From: Syntrophales bacterium
GTDB lineage: Bacteria > Desulfobacterota > Syntrophia > Syntrophales > UBA2210
Assembly (NCBI GenBank): GCA_023228425.1
Contig: JALOBE010000002.1
Location: forward strand, 83,113-147,112
Direction of reading: 5' to 3'
DNA: 64,000 nt
Under the pieces are notes generated by a model. That model worked only from the letters and a program-made list of their open reading frames with translations. It did no database searches and had not been told where the DNA came from. The position numbers and the translations under genes were made by a program. Below, one piece after another: positions 40,028-49,683 of the stretch (positions are counted from its first letter, which is position 1; each line of letters begins with the position of its first letter).

Positions 40028-40572
40028 AGAAAACGGTATTTGCCGGATTCGGCGGCCAGGGAGTTCTCATGATGGGGTACGTTTTTGCCGTTGCCGCCAT
40101 GCGTGACGGGCAACACGTGACCTACCTGCCGTCCTATGGAGCGGAGATGCGGGGCGGCACGGCGAATTGTACGGTTGCCGTTTCAGATGACGAAATTTTT
40201 TCGCCTGTCGCGTCCGAACCTGATTTCGCGGTCATCATGAACAAGCCTTCCCTGACCAGGTATGAGAACATGATGCGGTCAGGCGGAACGGTCTTCCTGA
40301 ACTCCAGCGTCATAGACCGGGATCTGACGCGAGAAGACATTTCCCGGGTTCTCGTTCCCGCCGGCGACATGGCCGGGGAGCTGGGATCACCCCGCGTTCT
40401 TAACATGATCATGCTGGGGGCCTTTGTCGCAAGGACACGGCTGACCACTCTCGAATCGATCATGAATGGTCTTGAAGAAATTATTAAGGGAAAATCGAGC
40501 TCCGTCATAAAGCTCAACAGGAAAGCTCTCGATCGGGGTGCCGGGTACGTAATGAAAGGATTATCCCCATGA
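40024..40572 (+). CDS. 2-oxoacid:ferredoxin oxidoreductase gamma subunit
   Basis: FAGFGGQGVLMMG N-terminus. Its start overlaps the beta-subunit stop. Confidence 0.88.
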   Translation: MKKTVFAGFGGQGVLMMGYVFAVAAMRDGQHVTYLPSYGAEMRGGTANCTVAVSDDEIFSPVASEPDFAVIMNKPSLTRYENMMRSGGTVFLNSSVIDRDLTREDISRVLVPAGDMAGELGSPRVLNMIMLGAFVARTRLTTLESIMNGLEEIIKGKSSSVIKLNRKALDRGAGYVMKGLSP

Positions 40573-40997
40573 AAACAATCAGGCAGATTTCACATTTTTT
40601 AAAAAATGAACCGGGGGGACTGTCCGAGGTAAGTGAAATTCTCGGCGCCAACGGCATCAATATTATTGCAATCTATTTCAAGGGCCATGGTAAGGAGGGA
40701 AGACTCCAGTTCGTTGCCAACGACCCTGACAAGGCCTTCAATGTTATGAAATCAGCAGGCTATGACGTCGAGGTTACCGAGGTCATCGCCTGTGTCGTAC
40801 CTCACCATCCCGGCGGCCTGAACGCCGTTCTCAAGCCGCTCAGAAGCGCTCGCATCAATGTTGAGTATATTTATGCCTGTCTTGGAACCGGTGACATTAC
40901 CGTTGTAGTCCTGGGAGTGGACGACATTGAAAAGTCTCTGAAAATTCTCAGCGACAACTGGATACGGCTCCTGGGCGAAGAGCTGTACCATATGTGA
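40569..40997 (+). CDS. ACT-domain protein
   Basis: Two beta-alpha-beta-beta-alpha-beta-like halves (LKNEPGGLSEVSEILGANGINI; VPHHPGGLNAVLKPLRSARINV). Translationally coupled to the OFOR operon. Confidence 0.6.
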   Translation: MKTIRQISHFLKNEPGGLSEVSEILGANGINIIAIYFKGHGKEGRLQFVANDPDKAFNVMKSAGYDVEVTEVIACVVPHHPGGLNAVLKPLRSARINVEYIYACLGTGDITVVVLGVDDIEKSLKILSDNWIRLLGEELYHM

Positions 40998-41043
40998 CGG
41001 CATCGTCACAGGTAAAATCGACGTCCCCGTAAAAACTGCCTCA

Positions 41044-42687
41044 TCATCCCCCGCAACCGATCCGGGCGGTCACTTCCGTAACAGGCAGCGTGCCTATGTC
41101 CAGGAGCTTGCCCTGTTCACGATGGTCCTCGTCCAGAAGATCGATCACCCGGGAATATACGTTCTCGATAAACACCGGTCCTTCGTGACCTGTCTTGCAA
41201 ATTCCCATACGAAACTGTTTCCAGTCTTTTTCAGCCATCTTGTTTACGAGGTTTTTGGTCGCAAAAATTGAGCCGTAGCGGGCCAGACCTGAAAGGCGGG
41301 CCGCACAGTTGATGGTATCGCCCAGGGCTGTGAATTCAAGGCCCGTGGAACCGCGGACGGTGCTGAAGTATTCTTCCCCCTCGTTCAGGCCGATATTGAG
41401 ATAGAGCGTGTTGAACCATTGTTTTCTGACCTTCCATTTCTGTGAAAATTCCACCATCCGTTCCTTGATCTCCAGGGCACAGGAGAGGGCGTTGACGAGA
41501 TACCTGGAGTCACCTTTTTTGAGAAAGTAGTAAACCATTCCGTCCCCAACGTGTTTTCCATATATCCCGTAGTATTTTCTGTATGTTTCTTCAAGTGCTT
41601 TCCACATGTCATTGACGATCTCGAAGTATTCCTCCGGTGGCAGTTCCGTGCAAATGCGGCAGGAGTCCTGAAGATCCGCCACGAGGACACAAAAGGGGAT
41701 CATGGTGGGCATTTTGAGGGATATGAGATCCTTGATAACGGCGGCCCTGTCCTTCAGGAGGTCGGATATTCCCTCGAGAATGGCATCCTCGTACTCAAAA
41801 ATAAAAAATATTCCCTCCCTGAAAAAAGTGACATATACGGAATACAACTTCTCGCTCCCATCGGAGCAACGCACCCTGACCGACGTCCGGCGCACAACGC
41901 CCGCAGGGCTGACGGTGATCTTCTCGAAGCACTTTTCAAGAAAGCCTGCCTCGCCCTGAGATATGCCCTCATAGATCTTCGAGAGATACTCCACCCCGTG
42001 GCGTTCCTTGACGAGGGCAAGATGAATTCTGACCATCTCCTCCCAGTTCTTCATGTTTTTTTGAAACTCCCATCGGAAGAACAGCCTGAAGATATTCCTG
42101 TCATCCGCGATCCTGATGGACCTCACATCACTGTGAAAGAGCTGTTCCTCGGCCGATTCGTTTATCCACTCTATCTCGAAGTTGTAATTTAAAAGATAGG
42201 CGGGCGCCCTGATCGAATCAAGGTCGAGATTGAGGCCTGTTTTTCTTTCAGGCAACGGATGCCTTCGGGGCCGTTCGGGCGGTTTTGTACTGCTGAGGGA
42301 ATCATCCGGCTCCGCTCGCCTATCCCTCTCATCAGCCGTCAGACCCTGCCGCCCCGGGACCGGTTGCCCGTCAGGACGCTCCGGACCGGTGTCCCGGACT
42401 TCATTCCGCCCGTTGTCTTCCCGGCCTTCCGTCATTTCACCGACAATGAGCCCCATAGACATACCCTCCCGTTTCATTCGCTGTATCCTGTGGACCCGAC
42501 TCACCACCCATTCGGGGAAATAACCTATGCGCTTCGCTCTCGTCGTACCGGAACCGGGAATTTTTACAACCGGTTTCGGCAGCATTCCCATCTTGATATA
42601 ATTATTCAAGGTTGCCCGAGATATGCCTGTTTTTTCAAGCAATTCTTTACTGGTGACGTCCGGCGTACTCTTTCTTTGTGATGTCAT
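41044..42687 (-). CDS. MerR-type HTH / PAS-like / class III adenylate-guanylate cyclase fusion protein
   Basis: N-terminus ELLEKTGISRATLNNYIKMGMLPKP...RYFPEWVVSRVHRIQRMKREGMS (MerR-like HTH). A low-complexity linker and a PAS-like middle region follow. Cyclase motifs VLVADLQDS, GKHVGDGMVYYF, LNIGLNEGE and LGDTINCAARL. GGGGGAGGG Shine-Dalgarno before the ATG at 42687. The ORF-track 66-aa extension would cover the promoter. Confidence 0.8.
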   Translation of the reverse strand: MTSQRKSTPDVTSKELLEKTGISRATLNNYIKMGMLPKPVVKIPGSGTTRAKRIGYFPEWVVSRVHRIQRMKREGMSMGLIVGEMTEGREDNGRNEVRDTGPERPDGQPVPGRQGLTADERDRRAEPDDSLSSTKPPERPRRHPLPERKTGLNLDLDSIRAPAYLLNYNFEIEWINESAEEQLFHSDVRSIRIADDRNIFRLFFRWEFQKNMKNWEEMVRIHLALVKERHGVEYLSKIYEGISQGEAGFLEKCFEKITVSPAGVVRRTSVRVRCSDGSEKLYSVYVTFFREGIFFIFEYEDAILEGISDLLKDRAAVIKDLISLKMPTMIPFCVLVADLQDSCRICTELPPEEYFEIVNDMWKALEETYRKYYGIYGKHVGDGMVYYFLKKGDSRYLVNALSCALEIKERMVEFSQKWKVRKQWFNTLYLNIGLNEGEEYFSTVRGSTGLEFTALGDTINCAARLSGLARYGSIFATKNLVNKMAEKDWKQFRMGICKTGHEGPVFIENVYSRVIDLLDEDHREQGKLLDIGTLPVTEVTARIGCGG

Positions 42688-42772
42688 GGGAATCCCTCCC
42701 CCGGTATGTCCGTTCCCGACCAGAGCCCTGGAACGACCAGTCACAGGACCACGCAATTTATACTGTACAGAA

Positions 42773-42801
42773 ATATTATACAGTATAATTATACATGTCA
42801 A
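42773..42801 (-). promoter_or_regulatory. sigma70 promoter of the HTH-cyclase gene with a palindromic operator in the spacer
   Basis: On the minus strand: TTGACA (42801-42796), a 17-nt spacer, then TAATAT (42778-42773). The spacer carries the perfect 15-bp palindrome ATTATACAGTATAAT (42775-42789). Confidence 0.55.
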
Positions 42802-42806
42802 GAAAA

Positions 42807-42823
42807 AATTATACTGTACAATT
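42807..42823. promoter_or_regulatory. second operator-like palindrome (AATTATAC-T-GTACAATT)
   Basis: 17-bp dyad with one mismatched pair. Same half-site as 42775-42789, with centres 33 bp apart. A weaker related copy lies at 42757-42770. Confidence 0.45.
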
Positions 42824-42910
42824 AGGTCGGTCCCGTACCCTTTCCGTTGATCATATACTTGATTTTTCATCCTGTCCGGGACCACTGCGAATTAATTACG
42901 GGGAAACCCA

Positions 42911-42939
42911 TTGACAGGCTTTATCGAACAATATACAAA
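42911..42939 (+). promoter_or_regulatory. candidate sigma70 promoter of the gcv operon
   Basis: TTGACA (42911-16), a 17-nt spacer, then TACAAA (42934-39), about 30 nt upstream of the gcvT ATG. Confidence 0.4.
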
Positions 42940-42967
42940 ATGCGGACGCCACACGACAGGAGGAACA

Positions 42968-44245
42968 ATGACAAAAAAAACCCCTCTCTATGGCCGCCAT
43001 GTGGCTCGAAGGGCAAACATGGCTGATTTTGGCGGCTATGAAATGCCCCTCTGGTATCCCTCGGGGGTGAAAAAAGAGCATCTTTCCGTCCTGACCGGGG
43101 CGGGCCTCTTCGACACGAGCCACATGGCTGTTCTGATGATATCCGGTCCCTCGGCCTTTGATCTCCTTCAGCGATGCATCACCAAGGATCTCAGCCACTG
43201 CGTCGGGAAAGACCACCTTCCCCTTGTACCCGGTCGATCAGCCTACGGGGCATTCCTCGACTCGGCCGGCCATGTCATAGATGACGCCATCGTCAACAGA
43301 ATCAGTGAAGAAATTTTCATGGTCGTCGTTAATGCCGGTATGGGTTCCGCCATCACCGATCACCTGTCGAAACAGGCAGGGGAAGCCTCCCTGGCCGTCG
43401 ATATCACGGATCTGACGGACCAGGTCGGGAAAATCGACCTTCAGGGACCGGCATCCGGTAAAATCCTCCTGTCGGTACTGGAAGATTCGAACGTCCTGTT
43501 CAATGCAATGCCTTTTTTCAGCTTCAAAGGCCACTTCGACCCATCGTTCGCGTCCACTGAGAAGGTCCGTCTCGTCAACGGAACTTCTGTTCTTCTGTCG
43601 CGAACGGGATATACGGGAGAATTCGGTTTTGAGCTGTACATGCAGCCCGATGCCCTTGAAGACGCCTGGAACCTCCTGGAAGATGCCGGAGGTCCCCGTT
43701 GCTGTGAGCCCTGCGGCCTGGCGTCCCGGGATTCACTGAGAGCGGGGGCCTTGCTCCCCCTTTCACATCAGGACATCGGTGACTGGCCCTTCATCAACCA
43801 CCCCTGGGAGCATGCCCTCCCCTACGACAGTGAGAAAAGAGACTTTACGAAGACCTTCATCGGTGCCGACAGGCTTCTTGAAACCAGGGGCACGGGGTAT
43901 TTTACCCTCCCCTTCGCCGGCTTCGACCTGCGGAAGGTGGCACAGGGACCGGGCACGAGTGTTGTCGATGCCGAGGACCGGAATCTCGGCATCGTACTGA
44001 CCTGCGTGACTGATGTCGCCATTGACCGCCAGGGCAAACGGATCTTCAGCATCACGAGCCCCGACAGGCCCCGGGGATTCCGTCCCCGGGGTCTATGCTG
44101 CGGTTTTGTTCGCACCACATCGCCCCTGAAGGTCGGCTCCATGGTTGAGATCAGGGATGATCGACGATCTCTGCCCGTCATGATCATGGACGACCTCCGG
44201 CCCGATCGGACGGCACGGAATCCGATAGGAACCATGATGGCGTGA
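42968..44245 (+). CDS. gcvT: glycine cleavage system aminomethyltransferase (T protein)
   Basis: TPLYGRHVARRANMADFGGYEMPLWY and LSRTGYTGEFGFELY. AGGAGGAA Shine-Dalgarno before the ATG at 42968. Longer than typical GcvT (insertions in the C-terminal half). Confidence 0.9.
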   Translation: MTKKTPLYGRHVARRANMADFGGYEMPLWYPSGVKKEHLSVLTGAGLFDTSHMAVLMISGPSAFDLLQRCITKDLSHCVGKDHLPLVPGRSAYGAFLDSAGHVIDDAIVNRISEEIFMVVVNAGMGSAITDHLSKQAGEASLAVDITDLTDQVGKIDLQGPASGKILLSVLEDSNVLFNAMPFFSFKGHFDPSFASTEKVRLVNGTSVLLSRTGYTGEFGFELYMQPDALEDAWNLLEDAGGPRCCEPCGLASRDSLRAGALLPLSHQDIGDWPFINHPWEHALPYDSEKRDFTKTFIGADRLLETRGTGYFTLPFAGFDLRKVAQGPGTSVVDAEDRNLGIVLTCVTDVAIDRQGKRIFSITSPDRPRGFRPRGLCCGFVRTTSPLKVGSMVEIRDDRRSLPVMIMDDLRPDRTARNPIGTMMA

Positions 44246-44313
44246 TACCCCTCATGTAACAGTTCAACCACCGCCGGTCTTTGACGGACCGGCGCAACGA
44301 TCAGGAGAGACCC

Positions 44314-44718
44314 ATGAAAGAAATCAGTACACTGCTTTTCCCCGAGGACCTGCTGTACGCGGAGGATCACGAATGGACAAGGATCGAAAACGAGACCCTG
44401 ACTATCGGAATTGACGACTACGCCCAGGACCGGTTGGGTGATATCGTTTTTGTCGAACTTCCCCGGGAGGGAGACACTTTCGGCCGGGGAGAAGAGTTCG
44501 GCACCGTTGAATCCGTGAAGGCTGTCTCCGAACTGTACATGCCCGTCGGCGGAGAGGTTATCTCGGTAAATACGGATTTGGAGGATTCTCCTGAACGCAT
44601 CAACCAGTCTCCTTACGGCGACGGGTGGCTGATCAGGGTACGGCCCGACAACGAGGAAGAACTCGATCTGCTCATGAAAAAAGAAGCCTACATCACATAC
44701 CTTGAAGGAAAAGATTGA
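44314..44718 (+). CDS. gcvH: glycine cleavage system H protein
   Basis: YAEDHEWTRIE...VGIDDYAQDRLGDIVFVELP and the lipoyl-lysine motif ESVKAVSELY. Confidence 0.93.
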   Translation: MKEISTLLFPEDLLYAEDHEWTRIENETLTIGIDDYAQDRLGDIVFVELPREGDTFGRGEEFGTVESVKAVSELYMPVGGEVISVNTDLEDSPERINQSPYGDGWLIRVRPDNEEELDLLMKKEAYITYLEGKD

Positions 44719-46049
44719 TGCCCTATCTGCCCCACACTCCCGAAGATATTGATGAAATGCTTGCACTGACGGGTCATGCAGACCTTGACACACTCTTTGA
44801 GCAAATACCCGAACCCTGTCGCCGCGTTTCCGAGATGAATCTTCCCGAGGCGCTTTCGGAATGGCAGCTTGACGCCGTGATGGAGAATCTCGCGGAACAA
44901 AACGCCCTCCGGCCGGAATATAAGATCTTCCTTGGAGCCGGGAGCTATGATCATTACATCCCCGAGACGGTCCCCTATCTCACGGGACGGTCTGAATTCG
45001 CGACCTCCTACACTCCCTATCAGCCCGAATTAAGCCAGGGAACGCTCCAGGCCATGTACGAATACCAGACGTTGATGACACGGCTTACGGGAATGGATAT
45101 CGCCAACGCTTCGCTCTACGATGGAGCGTCCGCTTTCGCCGAGGGACTGCTCATGGCGGTGAGGGTGACGAAACGCAAGCGAATCGCCCTCTCGACACTT
45201 GTCCATCCCTTCTACCGCCAGGCGGCCCGCACCTACCTGGAACCCACCGGCTGCGACATCATCGAACTCCCCCCCCTGCCCTCGGGAACAACGGACCTGT
45301 CACCCCTGGCGGGGCGGGAAACGACAGCAGCCCTGGCTCTGCAGTCCCCCAATTTTTTCGGCTGCGTCGAAAACCTGCCTGTCGCGGCGGAACTGATTCA
45401 GGGCTCCGGAGGACTCCTGGTGGCGACCTTCACGGAGCCGCTCGCTTTTGCGCTCTACCGGTCGCCCGGAGAGGACGGCGCCGACATTGCCTGCGGCGAG
45501 GGTCAGAGCCTGGGAATTCCCCAGTCCTTCGGAGGACCGGGTCTCGGCATATTCGCCGCCCGTTCAGACTACATGCGGGCCATGCCGGGACGGCTGGTGG
45601 GGAAAACACGGGACCGCGCCGGCCGGGAGGGATTCGTTCTCACGCTGGCCACGCGGGAGCAGCATATCCGCCGCGAAAGGGCCACCTCGAACATATGCAC
45701 AAACAGCAGTCTCTGTGCCCTGGCGTGTTCGATATACATTGCCTCCCTCGGCGGCACGGGCATCAGGGCCCTGGCGAAGATGAACTACGACAAGGCACAG
45801 TACCTGAAACAGGGACTTGCGGGGGCGGGCTGGAAGCTTCCCTTCCCTGCCGCGACATTCAACGAGTTCGTAGTGAAAATACCCGGTGACGCGACCGCGG
45901 TTCACCGGCGGCTCCTGGAAAAAAAGATTCTGGCGGGTCTTTCCCTTGAAAGGTGGTATCCCGAACTCCCGGGGCATTATCTGCTGTGTGCCACGGAAAC
46001 ATCCTCCCGGAGCGACATGGACCTGCTGATCGAGGAGGTGCGCTCATGA
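44718..46049 (+). CDS. gcvPA: glycine dehydrogenase (decarboxylating) subunit 1
   Basis: MPYLPHTPEDIDEML N-terminus and TPYQPELSQGTLQAMYEYQT. The ATG overlaps the gcvH stop (ATGA). Confidence 0.93.
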   Translation: MPYLPHTPEDIDEMLALTGHADLDTLFEQIPEPCRRVSEMNLPEALSEWQLDAVMENLAEQNALRPEYKIFLGAGSYDHYIPETVPYLTGRSEFATSYTPYQPELSQGTLQAMYEYQTLMTRLTGMDIANASLYDGASAFAEGLLMAVRVTKRKRIALSTLVHPFYRQAARTYLEPTGCDIIELPPLPSGTTDLSPLAGRETTAALALQSPNFFGCVENLPVAAELIQGSGGLLVATFTEPLAFALYRSPGEDGADIACGEGQSLGIPQSFGGPGLGIFAARSDYMRAMPGRLVGKTRDRAGREGFVLTLATREQHIRRERATSNICTNSSLCALACSIYIASLGGTGIRALAKMNYDKAQYLKQGLAGAGWKLPFPAATFNEFVVKIPGDATAVHRRLLEKKILAGLSLERWYPELPGHYLLCATETSSRSDMDLLIEEVRS

Positions 46050-47500
46050 AGGATGGTCTCGCCACCCGAGGCCTGGTATTGAACGAACCCCTGCTCTGGA
46101 AAAAGGGCCGGAAGGGACGGGCCGGTGTGGTCATACCTGCCGCCGATGTTGACCCGGCTCCTGTCGATGAACTGCTTCGTGGCCGGGGTCCCGATTTTCC
46201 GGACCTGTCCGAACTTGACGTGGTACGCCATTATACCCGCCTCTCCCAATGGAACTTCGGAGTGGACTCGGGCATGTATCCCCTGGGGTCCTGCACCATG
46301 AAATATAATCCAAAGACAAATGAAAAACAGGCCTCACGAAAAGGGTTCGCCCGGCTTCACCCGTTGCTTCCGGATGAGTTGTCCCAGGGGGCGCTGCAGC
46401 TCATGGGAGAACTCCAGGACTACCTGATCGAAATCACCGGCATGCCTGCCGTGTCCCTCCAGCCTGCGGCGGGCGCCCAGGGTGAACTGACGGGAATGCT
46501 CGTCATGCACGCCTTGTTTAAACACCGTGGTGAATCCCGCACAAAAATAATAGTTCCCGACACGGCCCACGGGACGAACCCGGCAAGCGCCGCCCTGTGC
46601 GGTTTCTCGTCCGTCCCGGCGGCCTCCGGTGAAAGGGGTATCCTCGAAGTGCAAACCGTTGAAGCCATCATGGATGACGCAACGGCGGGTATCATGGTCA
46701 CCAACCCGAACACCCTGGGCCTTTTCGAAGAAAATATACAGGAGATAGCCCGTATCGTCCACGAACGGGGAGGACTTGTATACTGTGACGGGGCAAACAT
46801 GAATGCCCTCATGGGCATTGTCGACATGGCCGGGCTGGGCATCGACATCCTGCACCTGAACCTGCACAAGACCTTCTCAACCCCCCACGGCGGCGGAGGT
46901 CCCGGAGCGGGGCCCGTACTGGTCACGGAAGAGCTCGAGCCCTTTCTGCCGATCCCGCGGATCATCCAGAAATCGGGAACCCGGCGGCTCTCCGAGGACT
47001 ACCCGCTCTCCATCGGAAAGGTACATGGCTTTTATGGTAACTTCGGCGTTCTCATCAAGGCCTGCAGCTATATCAGGAGCATGGGCACCGACTTGAAAAT
47101 GGCGAGCCGGATGGCTGTTTTGAGCGCCAATTATCTCAAGGAACGCCTCAAGGGCACCTTCCATCTCCCCTTTGACCGCCCCTGCATGCACGAATGCGTC
47201 TTTACGGACGCCTTTCAGCAGCCACTGGGCGTGACAACCCTTGACATAGCGAAACGCCTCATGGATTACGGCTTCCATCCGCCCACGGTTTACTTCCCGC
47301 TGGTCGTCAAGGGAGCCATCATGATTGAACCAACGGAAACAGAGTCAAAAGAAACCCTTGATACATTTGTGGAATCCATGCTGGCAATAGCCCGGGAAGC
47401 CCGGGAAACACCGGAGCTTCTGAAAAACGCTCCCCACATCTGCAGGACACGGCGGCTGGATGAAACGCAAGCCGCCCGCAAGCCCTGTCTGGCAGGATGA
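46046..47500 (+). CDS. gcvPB: glycine dehydrogenase (decarboxylating) subunit 2
   Basis: PLGSCTMKYNPK and the PLP lysine region NLHKTFSTPHGGGGPG. The ATG overlaps the gcvPA stop. Confidence 0.93.
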   Translation: MKDGLATRGLVLNEPLLWKKGRKGRAGVVIPAADVDPAPVDELLRGRGPDFPDLSELDVVRHYTRLSQWNFGVDSGMYPLGSCTMKYNPKTNEKQASRKGFARLHPLLPDELSQGALQLMGELQDYLIEITGMPAVSLQPAAGAQGELTGMLVMHALFKHRGESRTKIIVPDTAHGTNPASAALCGFSSVPAASGERGILEVQTVEAIMDDATAGIMVTNPNTLGLFEENIQEIARIVHERGGLVYCDGANMNALMGIVDMAGLGIDILHLNLHKTFSTPHGGGGPGAGPVLVTEELEPFLPIPRIIQKSGTRRLSEDYPLSIGKVHGFYGNFGVLIKACSYIRSMGTDLKMASRMAVLSANYLKERLKGTFHLPFDRPCMHECVFTDAFQQPLGVTTLDIAKRLMDYGFHPPTVYFPLVVKGAIMIEPTETESKETLDTFVESMLAIAREARETPELLKNAPHICRTRRLDETQAARKPCLAG

Positions 47501-47515
47501 GCAGGAGCACCCCCG

Positions 47516-48799
47516 ATGTCCTTCCGGTTCACACAGTACCGTCGGTTGATGCTGGCTGTCATAGCCGTCACCTATTTCATAGCCTGCCTTCACCGCCACG
47601 CCCCGACAGTCGTGGCCCGTGACCTTGCGGCCTCCTTCAATGCCGATGCCGTGGCCCTGGGTTTCATAGCCTCCAGCTACTTCTATCTCTACGCAGCGGC
47701 ACAACCCCTCGCGGGGTTCCTTTCAGACACGATCGGGCCCCGGCGTGTCATGGCCGCCTTTTTTGTCCTTGCTTCACTGGGTTCACTTATTTTCGGCATG
47801 GCGCCCAACACGACAGCGGCCTTCATCGGGCGCGCGCTCGTGGGAGCCGGGGCCGGGGGTATTTTCATCCCGAGCCTGAAGCTGTTTTCAGAATGGTACC
47901 GGATCCGGGCATTCGCCGGCCTGACCGGGTTCATGCTGACCATCGGAGGCCTGGCGGGAATAGCGGCAACACTTCCTCTCACGCTGCTGGTGCTGTGGAG
48001 CGGCTGGAGGGGAACATTCGTAGTTATCGCCGTCATATCAACGGCCATGACTCTTCTGTGCTGGCTTATCCTTCGCGACGACCCGGGAAAAAAGGGGTGG
48101 GACCGGGCACTCGTGGGAGAGCTCCTTCAGCATCACGCCGCCGCCGAAGTCATTCGGGAAAATATCACCGTCGGCAGACGGCTTTCCCTGATTATGGGCA
48201 ACTCTGACTTTTACAAGCTGTCCATTGCCATTTTTTTTACAACCGGGGCCTTCCTCACCTTCCAGGGCCTCTGGGGCATTCCCTATCTCATGGACTCTTT
48301 CGGCCTGGACCGGATCAGGGCCGGCAGATTCCTGATGCTCTTCCCTGTCGGTTTCGCTCTGGGCGGTCCTGTGATCGGCGTCGCCGCCGAACGGTTGGGA
48401 CTCAGACGCAGGAACGTCCTTGTGGCCCTGACAGCCCTGCAATTTTCCCAGTGGGTCATGCTGTACGCCTTTGAAGACCGACTCGTCATGCCCGCCCTGA
48501 TGGTTGCTCTGTTCGTCATCGGTTTCACCTCCGGCGGATCATTGCCCATCTCCTTCACTATCACCCGCGGCCTCTTCTCACACCGGCTCATGGGAACCGC
48601 CGTGGGCCTGGTGAATACGGCATCCTTCCTCGGAGCCGCGCTTTATCAGCCTCTGACCGGGTTCATCCTTCGGTCCTCAAACAGCCTCCGGCCGGGCGCC
48701 TTCAGCATCGATGCCTACAGCCACCTCTTTTTTCTGTTTACACTGTCTCTGGCCATCGCGTGCGTCGCCGCGGCACTGCTTCGCGGTGAACCCCCATGA
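47516..48799 (+). CDS. MFS transporter
   Basis: 427 aa with about 12 TM helices and an MFS loop motif GFLSDTIGPRR. Confidence 0.85.
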   Translation: MSFRFTQYRRLMLAVIAVTYFIACLHRHAPTVVARDLAASFNADAVALGFIASSYFYLYAAAQPLAGFLSDTIGPRRVMAAFFVLASLGSLIFGMAPNTTAAFIGRALVGAGAGGIFIPSLKLFSEWYRIRAFAGLTGFMLTIGGLAGIAATLPLTLLVLWSGWRGTFVVIAVISTAMTLLCWLILRDDPGKKGWDRALVGELLQHHAAAEVIRENITVGRRLSLIMGNSDFYKLSIAIFFTTGAFLTFQGLWGIPYLMDSFGLDRIRAGRFLMLFPVGFALGGPVIGVAAERLGLRRRNVLVALTALQFSQWVMLYAFEDRLVMPALMVALFVIGFTSGGSLPISFTITRGLFSHRLMGTAVGLVNTASFLGAALYQPLTGFILRSSNSLRPGAFSIDAYSHLFFLFTLSLAIACVAAALLRGEPP

Positions 48800-49683
48800 A
48801 CGGCCGGACCCGTCCCTCACCGAAACCGAAATGGCTGAAGAAGCGGCTTGCCGCGGGCCCCGGCTTTGAGCCCACCAGGTCATTTCTTCGAGAAAACGCG
48901 CTCCATACGGTGTGCGAGGAAGCCCGCTGCCCCAACCTTCGGGAATGTTTTTCCCGGGGCACGGCCACCTTCCTGATACTGGGAAACCGCTGCACCCGGA
49001 ATTGCCGCTTCTGCGCCATCACACAGGGAAGGCCGGACCCGCCCGACAGGCTCGAAGCCGGGCGGGTCGCGGCAGCCGCCGAAGACATGAATCTTGCCTA
49101 TGTGGTGGTTACATCAGTGACCAGGGACGACCTGGCCGATGGCGGAGCATCCTGCTTTGCAGAAACAGTGACGGCCATAAGACGACGTGTTCCGGGAGCC
49201 GCGGCAGAAATACTCGTTCCCGACTTTCAGGGCGACCGGGAAGCTCTCCTCGGGGTTCTGCGATCAGGTCCCGCCGTTTTAAACCACAACATGGAGACGG
49301 TATCCCGCCTTTACCCCGTTGTCCGCCCCGGGGCCGACTATGATCGATCACTGGGAGTGCTGGCGAGGGCCGCCGCCTTCAGCCCGTCAATACCCGTCAA
49401 GACGGGACTCATGCTGGGTCTTGGCGAAACAGCCGCCGAACTGAAAGAAACCCTGAAGGACATCTACCGGGCGGGCGCGCGGATTATCACGCTGGGACAA
49501 TATCTCCAGCCGGCGCCGGGAAAGCATCCCGTGGCCCGCTTTGTCCCGCCTGAAGAATTTGAACAGTGGAAAGAGGAGGCCCGCGCCACAGGATTTGCCG
49601 CCGTCGCCTCGGGGCCCTTTGTGAGAAGTTCCTATGACGCGGCGGCACTCCATGGATCCTTTCTGAAAACGTTTCCGGATTGA
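48796..49683 (+). CDS. lipA: lipoyl synthase
   Basis: Auxiliary cluster CEEARCPNLRECF and radical-SAM CTRNCRFCAI. The start overlaps the MFS stop. Confidence 0.95.
   Translation: MNGRTRPSPKPKWLKKRLAAGPGFEPTRSFLRENALHTVCEEARCPNLRECFSRGTATFLILGNRCTRNCRFCAITQGRPDPPDRLEAGRVAAAAEDMNLAYVVVTSVTRDDLADGGASCFAETVTAIRRRVPGAAAEILVPDFQGDREALLGVLRSGPAVLNHNMETVSRLYPVVRPGADYDRSLGVLARAAAFSPSIPVKTGLMLGLGETAAELKETLKDIYRAGARIITLGQYLQPAPGKHPVARFVPPEEFEQWKEEARATGFAAVASGPFVRSSYDAAALHGSFLKTFPD

Noticed and set aside
42760-42786. ATACTGTA…TACAGTAT resembles an E. coli-type LexA SOS box (TACTG-N10-CAGTA).
   Set aside because: The arms are 5 nt too far apart for the 20-bp CTGT-N8-ACAG box, and deltaproteobacterial LexA motifs differ. 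It is better explained by overlapping copies of the AATTATAC-N-GTAYAATT dyad.
42690-42967. I expected a glycine riboswitch upstream of gcvT.
   Set aside because: I could find no tandem aptamer signatures (GGAGAG…CACCG…GGGCAA-type cores). The gap instead holds two divergent promoters and palindromic operators.
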